64,000 nt of DNA, taken from NCBI GenBank assembly GCA_026399375.1, contig JAPLRD010000028.1, forward strand, positions 1,676 through 65,675, read 5' to 3'. A model generated the notes under the pieces. It was not told the origin of the DNA, did not search any database, and worked only from the letters and a program-made list of their open reading frames with translations. The DNA comes from Pseudomonadota bacterium. Its GTDB lineage: Bacteria; Pseudomonadota; Gammaproteobacteria; Burkholderiales; SG8-39. Position 1 is the stretch's first letter; the number at the start of each line of letters is the position of its first letter. This document shows, one piece after another, positions 55,228 to 64,000 of this stretch. The position numbers and the translations under genes are program-made.

Positions 55228-57048
55228 TCAAACAGCCGCGGGCGACTTGCCGCGCAGGCGGCCCTGGTCCTGCCCGGGTGCATCGGCGTCGGCAACGCTT
55301 TCGTCAGCTGCGAACTGAATCTTGTACAGGTAGGCATAGATTCCATCGCGCGCCAGCAGTTGCGCATGCGAACCGACCTCTGCGATCGCGCCCCGCTGCA
55401 GCACCACGATACGGTCCGCCTTTTCGATGGTGGACAATCGATGGGCGATGATCAGCGTGGTGCGGCCCTGCATCAGGGTTTCCAGCGCCGCCTGCACCAC
55501 CCGCTCCGACTCGGTGTCCAGCGCGGAGGTCGCCTCGTCCAATATCAGCACCGGCGCGTTCTTCAACAGCGCGCGCGCGATCGCCAGGCGCTGCCGCTGC
55601 CCGCCGGAGAGACGCACCCCGTTTTCGCCGATGAGCGTCTGCAGCCCCTGCGGCATTTCGCCGATGAACTCCATCGCATGCGCGGCCTCGGCCGCCGCGA
55701 CTATGGCCGCCTCGCTCGCGTTCGCCAACGGGCCATAGGCGATATTCGCCGCCACCGTATCGTTGAACAGCACCACATCCTGGCTGACCAGGGCGAGATT
55801 GGCGCGCAGGCTTGCCAGGGTCAGCGTCTGGGTATCGATGCCGTCGAGCAGAATGCGCCCGGCGCTGGGTTGATAAAAGCGCGGGATCAGGTTGGCCAGC
55901 GTCGTCTTTCCGCCGCCGGAACCGCCCACCAGGGCGATGGTTTCGCCCGGCGCGATCTTGAGGCTGACATCGGTCAGCGCCGGCCGGGTCGCGCTGGGAT
56001 AGGAGAAATTCAAATGATCGAATTCGATCATTCCGTCCGCGCGGCCCAGAATTTGCGTGCCGCTGTCTTCTTCCGGCGGCTCGTCGATGATGGAAAACAC
56101 GCTTTCAGCTGCCGCGAGGCCGCGCTGCAGCGAGGAGTTGACCCCGGTCAGGTGCTTCAGAGGCGTGAGCAGCATCAGCGTCGCCGTCATGAAGGACACG
56201 AAACTTCCCACCGTCACGCCGTCCGTCCCGGTTTGCTGCGTGGAGTAATAGACGATGACTGCGACCGCGATCGCGGCGCACACCTGCACCAGGGGCACCG
56301 AAGCCCCCGCCGCAATCGTCTGGCGCATGGCGAAATCGCGCATACGCTTGATCGCCGCACCGAAGTGGCGCTGCTCGTAGTCCTGGCCGCCGAACACCTT
56401 CACCACCTTGTGGCACTCGATCGCCTCGTCCAGCACGTGGGTGATGTCGCCCATCGCATGCTGCGCGTTGCGGCTCACTTCGCGCAGGCGGCTGCTGAAC
56501 GCGCGGATTACCACCGCGATGACCGGACCGATCACCAGCGTGATCAGCGACAGCTTCCAGTCGAGGTAGAACATCCAGGCGAGCAGGCCGACGACGGTCA
56601 GCGTATCGCGCACCAGGACCGTCAGCACCGTTGTCGCAGCCGCGGTCACGCCGCTCACATCGTAGGCGAGCTTGGAAATCAGCGCGCCCGATGAAGCATC
56701 GTCGTAATAACGTGTGGGAAGATTCACCAGCCGGCCGAACATTTCGGCGCGCAGATCGAACACCACGCGATTGGAGACCCAGCTGAGCGCGTAATCGCTG
56801 GCGAAACCGAACACCCCGCGCACGAGAAACAATCCGACCAGGGCAAACGGAATGTAGCGAATGGTGGCGGCGTCCTTGTTGACGAAGCTGCCGTCCAGGA
56901 GCGGCTTCATCATCGCCGGGAACAGGGGTTCCGTCGCCGCCACCAGAACCATGGTCAGGATAGCCAGGGCGAACATGCGCCAGTACGGTGCGACATAGCG
57001 CAGCAGACGCAAGTACAGGACCCGGCTCCTAGTTTCGGCAAGGCTCAT
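55228..57048 (-). CDS. msbA: Lipid A export ABC transporter MsbA (fused permease and ATPase)
   Basis: 606 aa with 6 TM helices and an NBD. It has Walker A (GGSGGGKTT), the signature LSGGQRQR and Walker B (ILILDEATSALD), plus an MsbA-like N-terminus. Confidence 0.92.
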   Translation of the reverse strand: MSLAETRSRVLYLRLLRYVAPYWRMFALAILTMVLVAATEPLFPAMMKPLLDGSFVNKDAATIRYIPFALVGLFLVRGVFGFASDYALSWVSNRVVFDLRAEMFGRLVNLPTRYYDDASSGALISKLAYDVSGVTAAATTVLTVLVRDTLTVVGLLAWMFYLDWKLSLITLVIGPVIAVVIRAFSSRLREVSRNAQHAMGDITHVLDEAIECHKVVKVFGGQDYEQRHFGAAIKRMRDFAMRQTIAAGASVPLVQVCAAIAVAVIVYYSTQQTGTDGVTVGSFVSFMTATLMLLTPLKHLTGVNSSLQRGLAAAESVFSIIDEPPEEDSGTQILGRADGMIEFDHLNFSYPSATRPALTDVSLKIAPGETIALVGGSGGGKTTLANLIPRFYQPSAGRILLDGIDTQTLTLASLRANLALVSQDVVLFNDTVAANIAYGPLANASEAAIVAAAEAAHAMEFIGEMPQGLQTLIGENGVRLSGGQRQRLAIARALLKNAPVLILDEATSALDTESERVVQAALETLMQGRTTLIIAHRLSTIEKADRIVVLQRGAIAEVGSHAQLLARDGIYAYLYKIQFAADESVADADAPGQDQGRLRGKSPAAV

Positions 57049-57081
57049 TATGGTGACCGCATTGGAGTGGTAAAAATTGTA

Positions 57082-57087
57082 ATTATA
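57082..57087 (-). promoter_or_regulatory. Candidate -10 box (TATAAT on the minus strand) upstream of msbA
   Basis: The plus strand reads ATTATA in an AT-rich patch, 34 nt upstream of the msbA start. No clear -35 was seen. Confidence 0.3.
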
Positions 57088-57129
57088 TCAGAGCCATAAG
57101 CGCCCCCAGCAGCCTCTGCGCCCAGACCT

Positions 57130-58284
57130 TTACTTTGTCCGGATCAGACCGGCATAAAGCTGCGTCAATTGTTGCGCCATGGCCTCCAGCCCGAAAGGTT
57201 CGACCCTGCGCCGCGCGGCGGCCCCCATGCGTTGCGCCTGCCCCGGCGCCGCTGCCAGGCTGAGGCAGCGCGCCAGTTCGACCACGTCCAAGGGATCGCG
57301 GCAGACATAGCCCTCGACCCCGCTTTCGATCAGTTCTGCGGCGCCGCACTGAAGACTGGTCACGAGCGGCAGACCGCTGGCCATGGCCTCCAGCGCCGCA
57401 TTGGGGAACGGGTCGTAAAGCGTGGGCAAAGCAAAGCAATCGGCCATGCCGTACCAGGGCTTCACATCCTCCTGGCCACCGGCAAAATGCACCCGGTCGG
57501 CAAGATTGAGTTCCTCCGCCGCCCGGCGCAATTGAGGCAGTTCCTTGTCCGCGCCCACCACCACCAGGTGGCCGTCGCGCAAACTGCTCAAGGCGCGCAA
57601 CAACTGCGGCAGACCTTTGCGCCTGAATCCGGAACCGACGAACAGAAACACCAACGAGGTATCGCCGATGCCGAGTTCTGCGCGCTTTTGGGCGCGCCAT
57701 GTCAGACGCAGATCCGGGTGGAAAAGCGCGAGATCGACACCGCTGTAGATCACACGCAGCTTGGACTCGGGCAAGCCGAAGTGCCGGCGCAATTCCTCTT
57801 TCACCATGTTCGAGTTGCAGATCACCGCGCGCAAGCGGGGGCTTGCGAACAGGCGGCGCTCCGCCGCCAGCGTGTACCAGTGGTACGGATTGAGGGCGAG
57901 GGCGATGCGCTCCCACGCGCCGGCCGCGCGTCCGCGGTTGGCTAGCCACTGGCGGTGCACGCCGTCGCCCGCGCGATAAACGTCGCAGCAGGCGATCCGT
58001 TCGTGCGACTGCACCAGGTCGAAACTGTGCGATTCGAGGGTGGCGCATACGGCGCGTGCGAAACTCCAGTCGCGCCACACCCGGCCGAGATAGAACGGAT
58101 CGCAGCGGATGACGCGCCTAGCGCCAGATGACCCGGGTTCGGCCGCCTCTTTGTGCCCGGGCCACGCGCGCGTGAGCAGCGTCAACTCCACGTCCCGCGT
58201 TGCCAGCGCCGTCATGGCGCGCTCGACGAAACGTTCGGCGCCGCCGTAGGGGTTGTAGCGCTGGCGCACCAGGGCGATTTTCAT
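57130..58284 (-). CDS. LPS-core glycosyltransferase family 4 (WaaG/RfaG-like)
   Basis: 384 aa. The blocks are MKIALVRQRYNPYGGAERFVERA and DPFPNAALEAMASGLPLVTS. Confidence 0.8.
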   Translation of the reverse strand: MKIALVRQRYNPYGGAERFVERAMTALATRDVELTLLTRAWPGHKEAAEPGSSGARRVIRCDPFYLGRVWRDWSFARAVCATLESHSFDLVQSHERIACCDVYRAGDGVHRQWLANRGRAAGAWERIALALNPYHWYTLAAERRLFASPRLRAVICNSNMVKEELRRHFGLPESKLRVIYSGVDLALFHPDLRLTWRAQKRAELGIGDTSLVFLFVGSGFRRKGLPQLLRALSSLRDGHLVVVGADKELPQLRRAAEELNLADRVHFAGGQEDVKPWYGMADCFALPTLYDPFPNAALEAMASGLPLVTSLQCGAAELIESGVEGYVCRDPLDVVELARCLSLAAAPGQAQRMGAAARRRVEPFGLEAMAQQLTQLYAGLIRTK

Positions 58285-58330
58285 CGCGCCGCTACTCCTA
58301 TCGCCAGCGGCTGGTCCAACTCCGGGCGCA

Positions 58331-59410
58331 TCAACGCGACTGCAGCGAGTGCACCGCTTGCAGCACTTCGCTCACGTGCAGTACGCTGAGGCATTCGCTC
58401 AGCTTGCCGCCGCCGCAGCCGTCGTTGCCGCAGGGTCGGCAGGGGTGGCTGGATGCGAGCACTCGATGCGGCACCTGCCACGGCCCCCAGTTGAATTCTC
58501 CGCTGGGCCCGAACAGCGCCACCACCGGCGTCTGCATCGCGCTGGCAATATGCATGGGCGCGGAATCGACGCCTATGAAAAGACTGGCATTGCGCGACAC
58601 CGAACCCAGTTGCTTCAGCGTGAGCTTGCCGCTCAGATCCGCGAACGGCGTCGCTGCCAACGCGCGGATGCGCGCAATCAGATCGAGTTCCTCCGCGTCC
58701 GGCGCGGCGGTGACAAGCACGCGCTCCCCCAGCGCCTGCAGCTTGTCGATCAGGTCTGCGGTTTTCCCGGCCGGCCAGCACTTGAATTGCCAGCGCGAGG
58801 CCGGGTGCAGATGAACGTAGCCCTGCGGCGCGAGCCCCAGATCGCCAAGCATGCGGGCCACGTCTCGCTCTGCTTCATCCCCCGGCACGAAACACAGCTT
58901 GCGCTCCGACTCCCCCGGTTGCAGGCCGATGCGGCGCAGCAGGTCGAGGTTCTGTTCCACCATATGGCGCCTGCCGTTCTTGGGCAGGGGAGACAGATGG
59001 CTGAAGCTCTTCTTCCACCAGGCGCGCACCCTCGGGTAATCGGCCGCCACGCCATGGCGCGGACCGAGCAGGCGCGCGAGCCAGGCGCCGCGCGGATGTT
59101 CGGACAGATGAATCAGCAGGTCGTAGTCGCGACTGCGCAATTGCCGCAGCAAGCCCCATTCCCTGCCCGCCTGGCTGGCCAGGCCCATGCTTTTCCAGCT
59201 GCGGTCGACGCAGAAAACCCGGGAGATCGCCGGATTGCCGGTCAACATGGCCGCGGTATCGGCATACACCAGCGCGTCGACCTCGAGATGGGGTGCGTGA
59301 TTCTTCAGTACCGAGAATACGGGCGATGCAAGCAGCACGTCGCCGTGGTGCCGCAGTTTCGTCACCAGCACCCTGCCGATGCCCTGCAAATCGACCCCGT
59401 CTTTCAGCAT
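58331..59410 (-). CDS. GT9 heptosyltransferase, heptosyltransferase III (WaaQ)-like
   Basis: 359 aa. The blocks are VLVTKLRHHGDVLLASPVF, GVDSAPMHIASAM, and a C-terminal Cys cluster CRPCGNDGCGGGKLSECL typical of the putative HepIII family. Confidence 0.8.
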   Translation of the reverse strand: MLKDGVDLQGIGRVLVTKLRHHGDVLLASPVFSVLKNHAPHLEVDALVYADTAAMLTGNPAISRVFCVDRSWKSMGLASQAGREWGLLRQLRSRDYDLLIHLSEHPRGAWLARLLGPRHGVAADYPRVRAWWKKSFSHLSPLPKNGRRHMVEQNLDLLRRIGLQPGESERKLCFVPGDEAERDVARMLGDLGLAPQGYVHLHPASRWQFKCWPAGKTADLIDKLQALGERVLVTAAPDAEELDLIARIRALAATPFADLSGKLTLKQLGSVSRNASLFIGVDSAPMHIASAMQTPVVALFGPSGEFNWGPWQVPHRVLASSHPCRPCGNDGCGGGKLSECLSVLHVSEVLQAVHSLQSR

Positions 59411-59506
59411 GGCGCCACAATAGCAGAGAACCTCAAGGCGGAGAACACCGGCGCATCTGCGCGCGCGGGCTGCACAAAGGAGTCTCCGCGGACGAGCCGC
59501 ACGGCC

Positions 59507-60319
59507 TCACGGCTCCGCCGATGGCGCTCCCGTCGCGACCGCCCAGGATGCGATGATGCGCTCCATCTGCGCAAGACCGACGCTGATCGCCCCGGGACCG
59601 GGCGAGAGAATGTCGGCCGACTTGATTTCGTGCAACTGATTGTTGCGCACCGCCGGCACCGCATCCCAGCCTGGCCGGACGCGCAATTGCTCCGGCCGGA
59701 ATTTCTTACCGCACCAGGAGCCGATGATGATGTCCGGCGCGCGCGCAATCACCTCAGCGGAATCCGCGATGATGCGCTCCCGCGCCGACTGGTGCAGCGA
59801 TTCCTCGGCGAAGCAATCTTCGCCGCCGGCGGCCTCGATCAACTCGGACACCCAGCGTATGCCCGAGATCAAGGGATCGTTCCACTCCTCGAAATAGACG
59901 CGCGGTCGCCGCACAGACGCAGCCACACGCTCGCGGGCGCCCTCCAGCCGCGCTTGCAGATCGGCCGCCAGCCGTTCTCCTTCGTCCGTCCTGCCGACCA
60001 GTGCCGCCAGCGACCGGATCATGCCCAGAATGCCGGCAAGGTCTCGCTGATTGAATACGTGCACCTCGACCCCTGCGCGCACCAGGTCGCGCGCGATGTC
60101 GGCCTGCATATCGGAGTAGGCGATCACAAGATCAGGCTCGACTGCCATGATGCGGTCGATTCTCGCGCTCGAGAATCCGCTTACCTTGGGCTTTTCCTTG
60201 CGCGCCCGCGGCGGCCGCGTGGCGAAGCCGGAAATGCCGGCGATGCAATCTTCCGCCCCGAGCAGGTAAAGCGTCTCCACCGCTTCGGTCGACAGGCAGG
60301 CGATGCGCCTGTAGCTCAT
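59507..60319 (-). CDS. BtuF/TroA-like (cluster A) substrate-binding-fold protein without a signal peptide
   Basis: Start chosen at MSYRRIACLSTEAVETLYLLGA (ATGA overlap with the upstream gene; the track ORF extends to 60664). It has a periplasmic-binding-protein type 2 fold but no hydrophobic N-terminus. Confidence 0.75.
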   Translation of the reverse strand: MSYRRIACLSTEAVETLYLLGAEDCIAGISGFATRPPRARKEKPKVSGFSSARIDRIMAVEPDLVIAYSDMQADIARDLVRAGVEVHVFNQRDLAGILGMIRSLAALVGRTDEGERLAADLQARLEGARERVAASVRRPRVYFEEWNDPLISGIRWVSELIEAAGGEDCFAEESLHQSARERIIADSAEVIARAPDIIIGSWCGKKFRPEQLRVRPGWDAVPAVRNNQLHEIKSADILSPGPGAISVGLAQMERIIASWAVATGAPSAEP

Positions 60320-61245
60320 TGGGGCCGCTTCCCGCGCGCCTGGTCCAGGTGCTCGCACAAGCTCTGCGCCCCGTCGAGAATGCGCGGCGTATTGCGGCTG
60401 ATGAGATCGGAGTGGACGGCATACAAATTGTTTCGCGCCACCGCCTGCAGGCGCGGCCATTTCTTCCATCCCGTCAAGTTTTCCTCCTGGCCGGCTTCTG
60501 CGGTCACGCTGACAATCGCCTCCGGGCTGGCGGCGAGTACCGCCTCCACCGAAATTTCCGGCGTCAATGGTTTCAGCGCCGCAAATACGTTTTGCCCGCC
60601 GCACAAGCGGATCACATCGGTGATCAAGTGATCGCCATTCACCGTCATCAGCGGCTTGTCCCATATCTGGAAGAACACCGTCACCGCTGCCCGGCCGGCA
60701 TAGCGCTCGCGCAGTTGCTCCACGCGCGACTCAAATGCGCGGGCCGCCGGCAATGCCGTGGACTCGGTCCCCGCCAGGCGCCCCAGCTGTTCGATGCCGC
60801 GCGCAATGTCCGCGAGCCGGCGCGGCTCGTTGTAGAACACGGGAATGCCGAGGCGCAACAGCTTGTCCAGCTGGCGCTGCGCGTTGCCGTTCCGCCACAC
60901 CACGATCAGGTCGGGTTTGAGCGCCACGATGCGCTCCAGGTCGAGCTGCGCGTTGTCGCCGATGCGCGTGATGCGCTGCGCCACTTCCGGATAATTGCTG
61001 AAGTCGACGGTACCGACAATGCGACCGCCCGCGCCTGCGGCGAACAACAGTTCGGTCATGTGCGGCGTCAGGCTGATGATGCGCTGCGCAGGCTGCTTCA
61101 GCGTGACGCTGCGGTTGTTGTCGTCGACAAGCGTGATTTCGGCGCCGGCTGCCGCATTCAACAGGGCCAGGGCGGCGGCTATGGCATATTTCGCCCACGC
61201 CGCGCAGCGACGGTCGGCGCCTGCTTCCGCTTCATTTGCGCTCAT
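60316..61245 (-). CDS. Periplasmic substrate-binding protein of the BtuF / iron-siderophore-cobalamin ABC family
   Basis: 309 aa. It has a signal-like AKYAIAAALALLNAAAG, the block RIISLTPHMTELLFAAGAG and the motif KPDLIVVW. Confidence 0.8.
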   Translation of the reverse strand: MSANEAEAGADRRCAAWAKYAIAAALALLNAAAGAEITLVDDNNRSVTLKQPAQRIISLTPHMTELLFAAGAGGRIVGTVDFSNYPEVAQRITRIGDNAQLDLERIVALKPDLIVVWRNGNAQRQLDKLLRLGIPVFYNEPRRLADIARGIEQLGRLAGTESTALPAARAFESRVEQLRERYAGRAAVTVFFQIWDKPLMTVNGDHLITDVIRLCGGQNVFAALKPLTPEISVEAVLAASPEAIVSVTAEAGQEENLTGWKKWPRLQAVARNNLYAVHSDLISRNTPRILDGAQSLCEHLDQARGKRPQ

Positions 61246-61246
61246 G

Positions 61247-62020
61247 TCATTCCGGCACGAACAGGGTCCGCCCGGCCACTTCGACGCGCGTCACGCGATG
61301 ACCGAAGGCACACCAGAGAGACGCCTCGTTCAGCACCTCGGCTACCGGTCCCTGGCGCACCGCCCCTTCGGGCGTGAGAAGCAGCGCGTGGGTGGCAAAA
61401 CGCGCCGCCAGATTGAGGTCGTGCAGAGTGAACAAAACACCCTTGCCCCGTGCACGCGCCAGTTCATTCAGATATTCCAGCACCATGATCTGATGGCGCA
61501 GGTCGAGGTGCGACACCGGTTCGTCCAGCAGCAGCAGGGGCGTGTCCTGCGCGAACAACGCCGCCAGCGCCACGCGCTGGCGTTCGCCGCCGGACAGGGT
61601 CAGCACATCGCGCCGCTCGAAACCGGCCAAATCCACGGCGCGCAATGCCGCGGACGCGATCTCGCGCTCCTCGGCGCCCTCCCACTGCCAGCGCGAGAGA
61701 TAGGGATGGCGTCCCAGCATCACGCTTTCCAGAACGCTCGCGCTGAATACGTCGTGAAACGCCTGCGGCAGGAAGCTGCGCTGCCGCGCTGCCGCGTCCG
61801 CCGGCCAGTCTTGCAAAGGTTTCCCGCCCAGCTGCAATTCCCCGCCTTGAGGGTCGCGCAGGCCGACGGCGGTGTGCAGGAAGGTGCTCTTTCCAACCCC
61901 GTTGGGGCCGAGCATGCACCACACTTCTCCGGCGCACAGACGAAAGTCCAGGTCGCGTACCAATGTGCGCCCATTCACGCCCAGCACCAGCTTGCGTACT
62001 TCCAGCAGCGGCACGCTCAT
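61247..62020 (-). CDS. ABC transporter ATP-binding protein (BtuD/FecE-like)
   Basis: 257 aa with Walker A (GPNGVGKST), the signature LSGGERQR and Walker B (LLLLDEP). Confidence 0.9.
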   Translation of the reverse strand: MSVPLLEVRKLVLGVNGRTLVRDLDFRLCAGEVWCMLGPNGVGKSTFLHTAVGLRDPQGGELQLGGKPLQDWPADAAARQRSFLPQAFHDVFSASVLESVMLGRHPYLSRWQWEGAEEREIASAALRAVDLAGFERRDVLTLSGGERQRVALAALFAQDTPLLLLDEPVSHLDLRHQIMVLEYLNELARARGKGVLFTLHDLNLAARFATHALLLTPEGAVRQGPVAEVLNEASLWCAFGHRVTRVEVAGRTLFVPE

Positions 62021-62987
62021 CTTTTTTCCGGATTGTGCAGCAGCAGCAACATGAAGGCCGGTACGCCGACGATGGCGGTGATGACCCCCACAGGCAGTTG
62101 CTGCGGTGCGAACAGGCTGCGCGCCGCGGTATCGGCCAGCAGCAACAGCGTTCCCCCGGCGAGCGCGCAGGCCGGCAATAGAACGCGCTGGTCGTTCCCC
62201 AACATCAGGCGCAAGGCGTGAGGCACGACCAGGCCGACGAAGCCGATCGCGCCGGCCGTGGTTACCGCAAGCGCGGTCGCAACCGACGCAACGACATAAA
62301 TCAGGCGACGCAGCGGCGCTACTCTTACGCCCAGCGCCTGCGCCAGCGCTTCGCCGCGCAGCAGCACATTGAGATCGCGCGCGGCAGGGTAAGTCGCCGC
62401 CAGCGCGGCTGCCAGAACGAGCAGGGCGGGTGCCCAGGATTCGGCGCCGTTCAGATCGCCCATCAGCCAGAACAGCATGCCGCGCAGCTTGGCATCGGGA
62501 GCCAGGGTCAATATCAAGGTTATGACGGCTCCCCAGGGCGCGGCGAGGCCTCCATCACGCCCAGAGTCTGCTGGCGCGCGAAGTCGCGCCGCGCAAGCGC
62601 GAACACCAGGACGATCGCGGCCATCGCGCCGCCGATCGCGCCCAGCTCTGCGGCGAAAGCGCCCAAACCGGCGAGCATGGTCCCCAACGCGCCAACCGCG
62701 GCACCGCCCGACAAACCCAGCACATAGGGATCGGCGAGCGGGTTGCGCAGCAGGACCTGCATCAGCGCGCCTGCAAGCGCGAGCAGGCCGCCGACGGCGA
62801 AGGCGGCCAGCGCGCGCGGCAGGCGCAGCTGGGTGACGATCTCACCGGCAACGCTGCCGCCCGGGGACAAGAGCGCCTGCAGCACATCCTGCAAAGGCAA
62901 GCGACTGCTGCCTGTGGCGAGCGCGAACATGAACGCGACGAGCGCCGCCCCGGCGAGGGTGAGCCAGATGAGCAGCGTTCGGCGCAA
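62017..62987 (-). pseudogene. FecCD/BtuC-family ABC permease interrupted by an apparent 1-nt frameshift
   Basis: The N-terminal half (TTG 62987; [16 protein letters not shown]...[15 protein letters not shown]...VFALARR) is in the frame of ORF 62520-63143. The C-terminal half ([20 protein letters not shown]...FWLMGDL...PVGVITAIVGVPAFMLLL) is in the frame of ORF 62017-62517. The total of 971 nt is one short of 324 codons. Confidence 0.65.
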
Positions 62988-62998
62988 GCGCGGGTCTC

Positions 62999-64000
62999 CT
63001 ATTGCCAGCGATATGCCGCGGTGAACAGGAAATTGCGCCCTGCCATGGGGTAGGCGTTGAAGGAGGTGCCCGCCCCGTTGCGTATGGCATAGGTGTAATA
63101 CTTCTTGTCGGTCAGATTGTTTCCCGCAAGCGTGAACGTCCATGGCCCGGCGACGTGGCTCAGTTTCGCATCGGCGGTGACAAAAGACGCCATTTGTCCG
63201 GGAAAGGTATTGGCCTGATCGTTGTCGAAATACTGTTTGCCGACATAGCCGAGCGCGCCGGATAGGCGGGTCTTGCCGGCCACCTGCCAGCTGATTCCCA
63301 TCTTGGCGGAACTGCGCGGCACCAAGGGCACGTTCTTGCCGCCCAGCTCTACGCGGACGGGCGCGAAGGTGATTGGGTCGAAACCATTGTAGACGCCTTC
63401 GCGGAACACGGCCTGCGCGCGCGTATAGCTTCCGAACAGGTCGACGCGCTCACCCAGTTTTTGGCTTCCTTCAAGTTCGAACCCTTCGCGCTGCGTCGGC
63501 GACAGGTTCATATTGGTGAAGGTGACGGCGTTGAAGTGTATCTCGTTGCGCAGGTCCATGCGATACATCCTCGCCTGCAGGCGCCCGGCGCCGGACCTGT
63601 ACTCCGCGCCGATTTCGCGGTCGCGCGAGGTCTGCGGTTCGAGCGGCGTCACGGTCGAAGAGCAAACGAAGGTGGCTGGATCGCAGAAGCCGAACTGGTT
63701 GTAGATTTCGTCCACGGTCGCCACGCGAAAGCTCGCGCCGAGTTTCCCGAACAGGGCCAGTGCGGGCGTGAAATTATGGCGCAACGCAAGTTCCCAGGCA
63801 CGCGGATTGCGCCCCTGGGAGGCGTTCGCGGCGCTTGCAGGATTGATGCGATCGTTGGCGCTAATCTCCACCCGCTGCAGACGGGCGCCCAGCGTTAGTT
63901 TGGTCGCGGCGCCGAGGGCAACGTGATTCTGCACATAATAGGCACGGTCCTTTTGCTTGGCCGCCAGGTCGACTTGCGGCGCCCCCAACTGTTCGAAGCG
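62999..64000 (-). CDS. TonB-dependent outer-membrane receptor, C-terminal beta-barrel part; the 5' end lies outside the window
   Basis: The frame is open to the window edge. It shows alternating beta-strand patterns and a C-terminal [10 protein letters not shown](Q) typical of TBDR barrels. Confidence 0.85.
   Translation of the reverse strand, partial: RFEQLGAPQVDLAAKQKDRAYYVQNHVALGAATKLTLGARLQRVEISANDRINPASAANASQGRNPRAWELALRHNFTPALALFGKLGASFRVATVDEIYNQFGFCDPATFVCSSTVTPLEPQTSRDREIGAEYRSGAGRLQARMYRMDLRNEIHFNAVTFTNMNLSPTQREGFELEGSQKLGERVDLFGSYTRAQAVFREGVYNGFDPITFAPVRVELGGKNVPLVPRSSAKMGISWQVAGKTRLSGALGYVGKQYFDNDQANTFPGQMASFVTADAKLSHVAGPWTFTLAGNNLTDKKYYTYAIRNGAGTSFNAYPMAGRNFLFTAAYRWQ

Noticed and set aside
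62999-64000. Whether a cobalamin riboswitch or a Fur box could establish the substrate of the TonB-dependent uptake operon.
   Set aside because: The operon's 5' region lies beyond the window end and no such element is visible here. The BtuBCDF-like naming therefore rests on family resemblance only, and the substrate is left open.

Overview
The window is a GC-rich chromosomal segment (mid-60s % by eye, not computed). Gene context (pcm-like, rhodanese, tolC, then waaA and waaC) suggests a beta- or gamma-proteobacterium. Almost everything encodes cell-envelope functions.

Gene order:
- 1-2002: tail of a polysaccharide locus (carbamoyltransferase fragment and a GT4 glycosyltransferase).
- 2144-2679: small ParD/ParE-type toxin-antitoxin pair.
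- 2737-3819: tsaD.
- 3894-13998: two tandem CzcCBA-type heavy-metal RND modules sharing one outer-membrane factor.
- 14069-16165: thiC with its TPP riboswitch.
- 16395-18709: pcm-like, rhodanese and tolC operon.
- 18713-20940: waaA and waaC.
- 21070-39448: about 18.4 kb of 18 tightly packed plus-strand genes for a Wzx-dependent glycan.
- 39426-43258: a GT9 gene and an MBOAT O-acyltransferase pair.
- 43307-52889: a second, minus-strand glycan cluster of five GT4 genes, a methyltransferase, an AsnB paralog and an O-antigen-ligase-like gene.
- 53136-59410: LPS-core genes (GT9, GT4, msbA, waaG-like, heptosyltransferase III-like).
- 59507-64000: a TonB-dependent, BtuCDF-like uptake operon.

The plus-strand glycan operon holds an AsnB amidotransferase, a branched or methylated deoxysugar cassette, Wzx, several methyltransferases and glycosyltransferases, and a PglCDEF-like module for a bacillosamine-type initiating sugar.

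I saw no rRNA, tRNA, CRISPR array, transposase or prophage genes.

Three things stand out:
- The heavily methylating sugar-modification cassette.
- The second AsnB plus ligase-like glycan cluster.
- At least five, possibly six, envelope genes with internal deletions, frameshifts or a missing start codon: czcB-like, PglE-like, PglF-like, a core GT4, a BtuC-like permease, and possibly the ligase-like gene.

REP/MITE-like palindromes also occur, one of them embedded in frame in a glycosyltransferase. I found no clear-cut new system. All functional calls come from motif and family recognition by eye, not from database searches.
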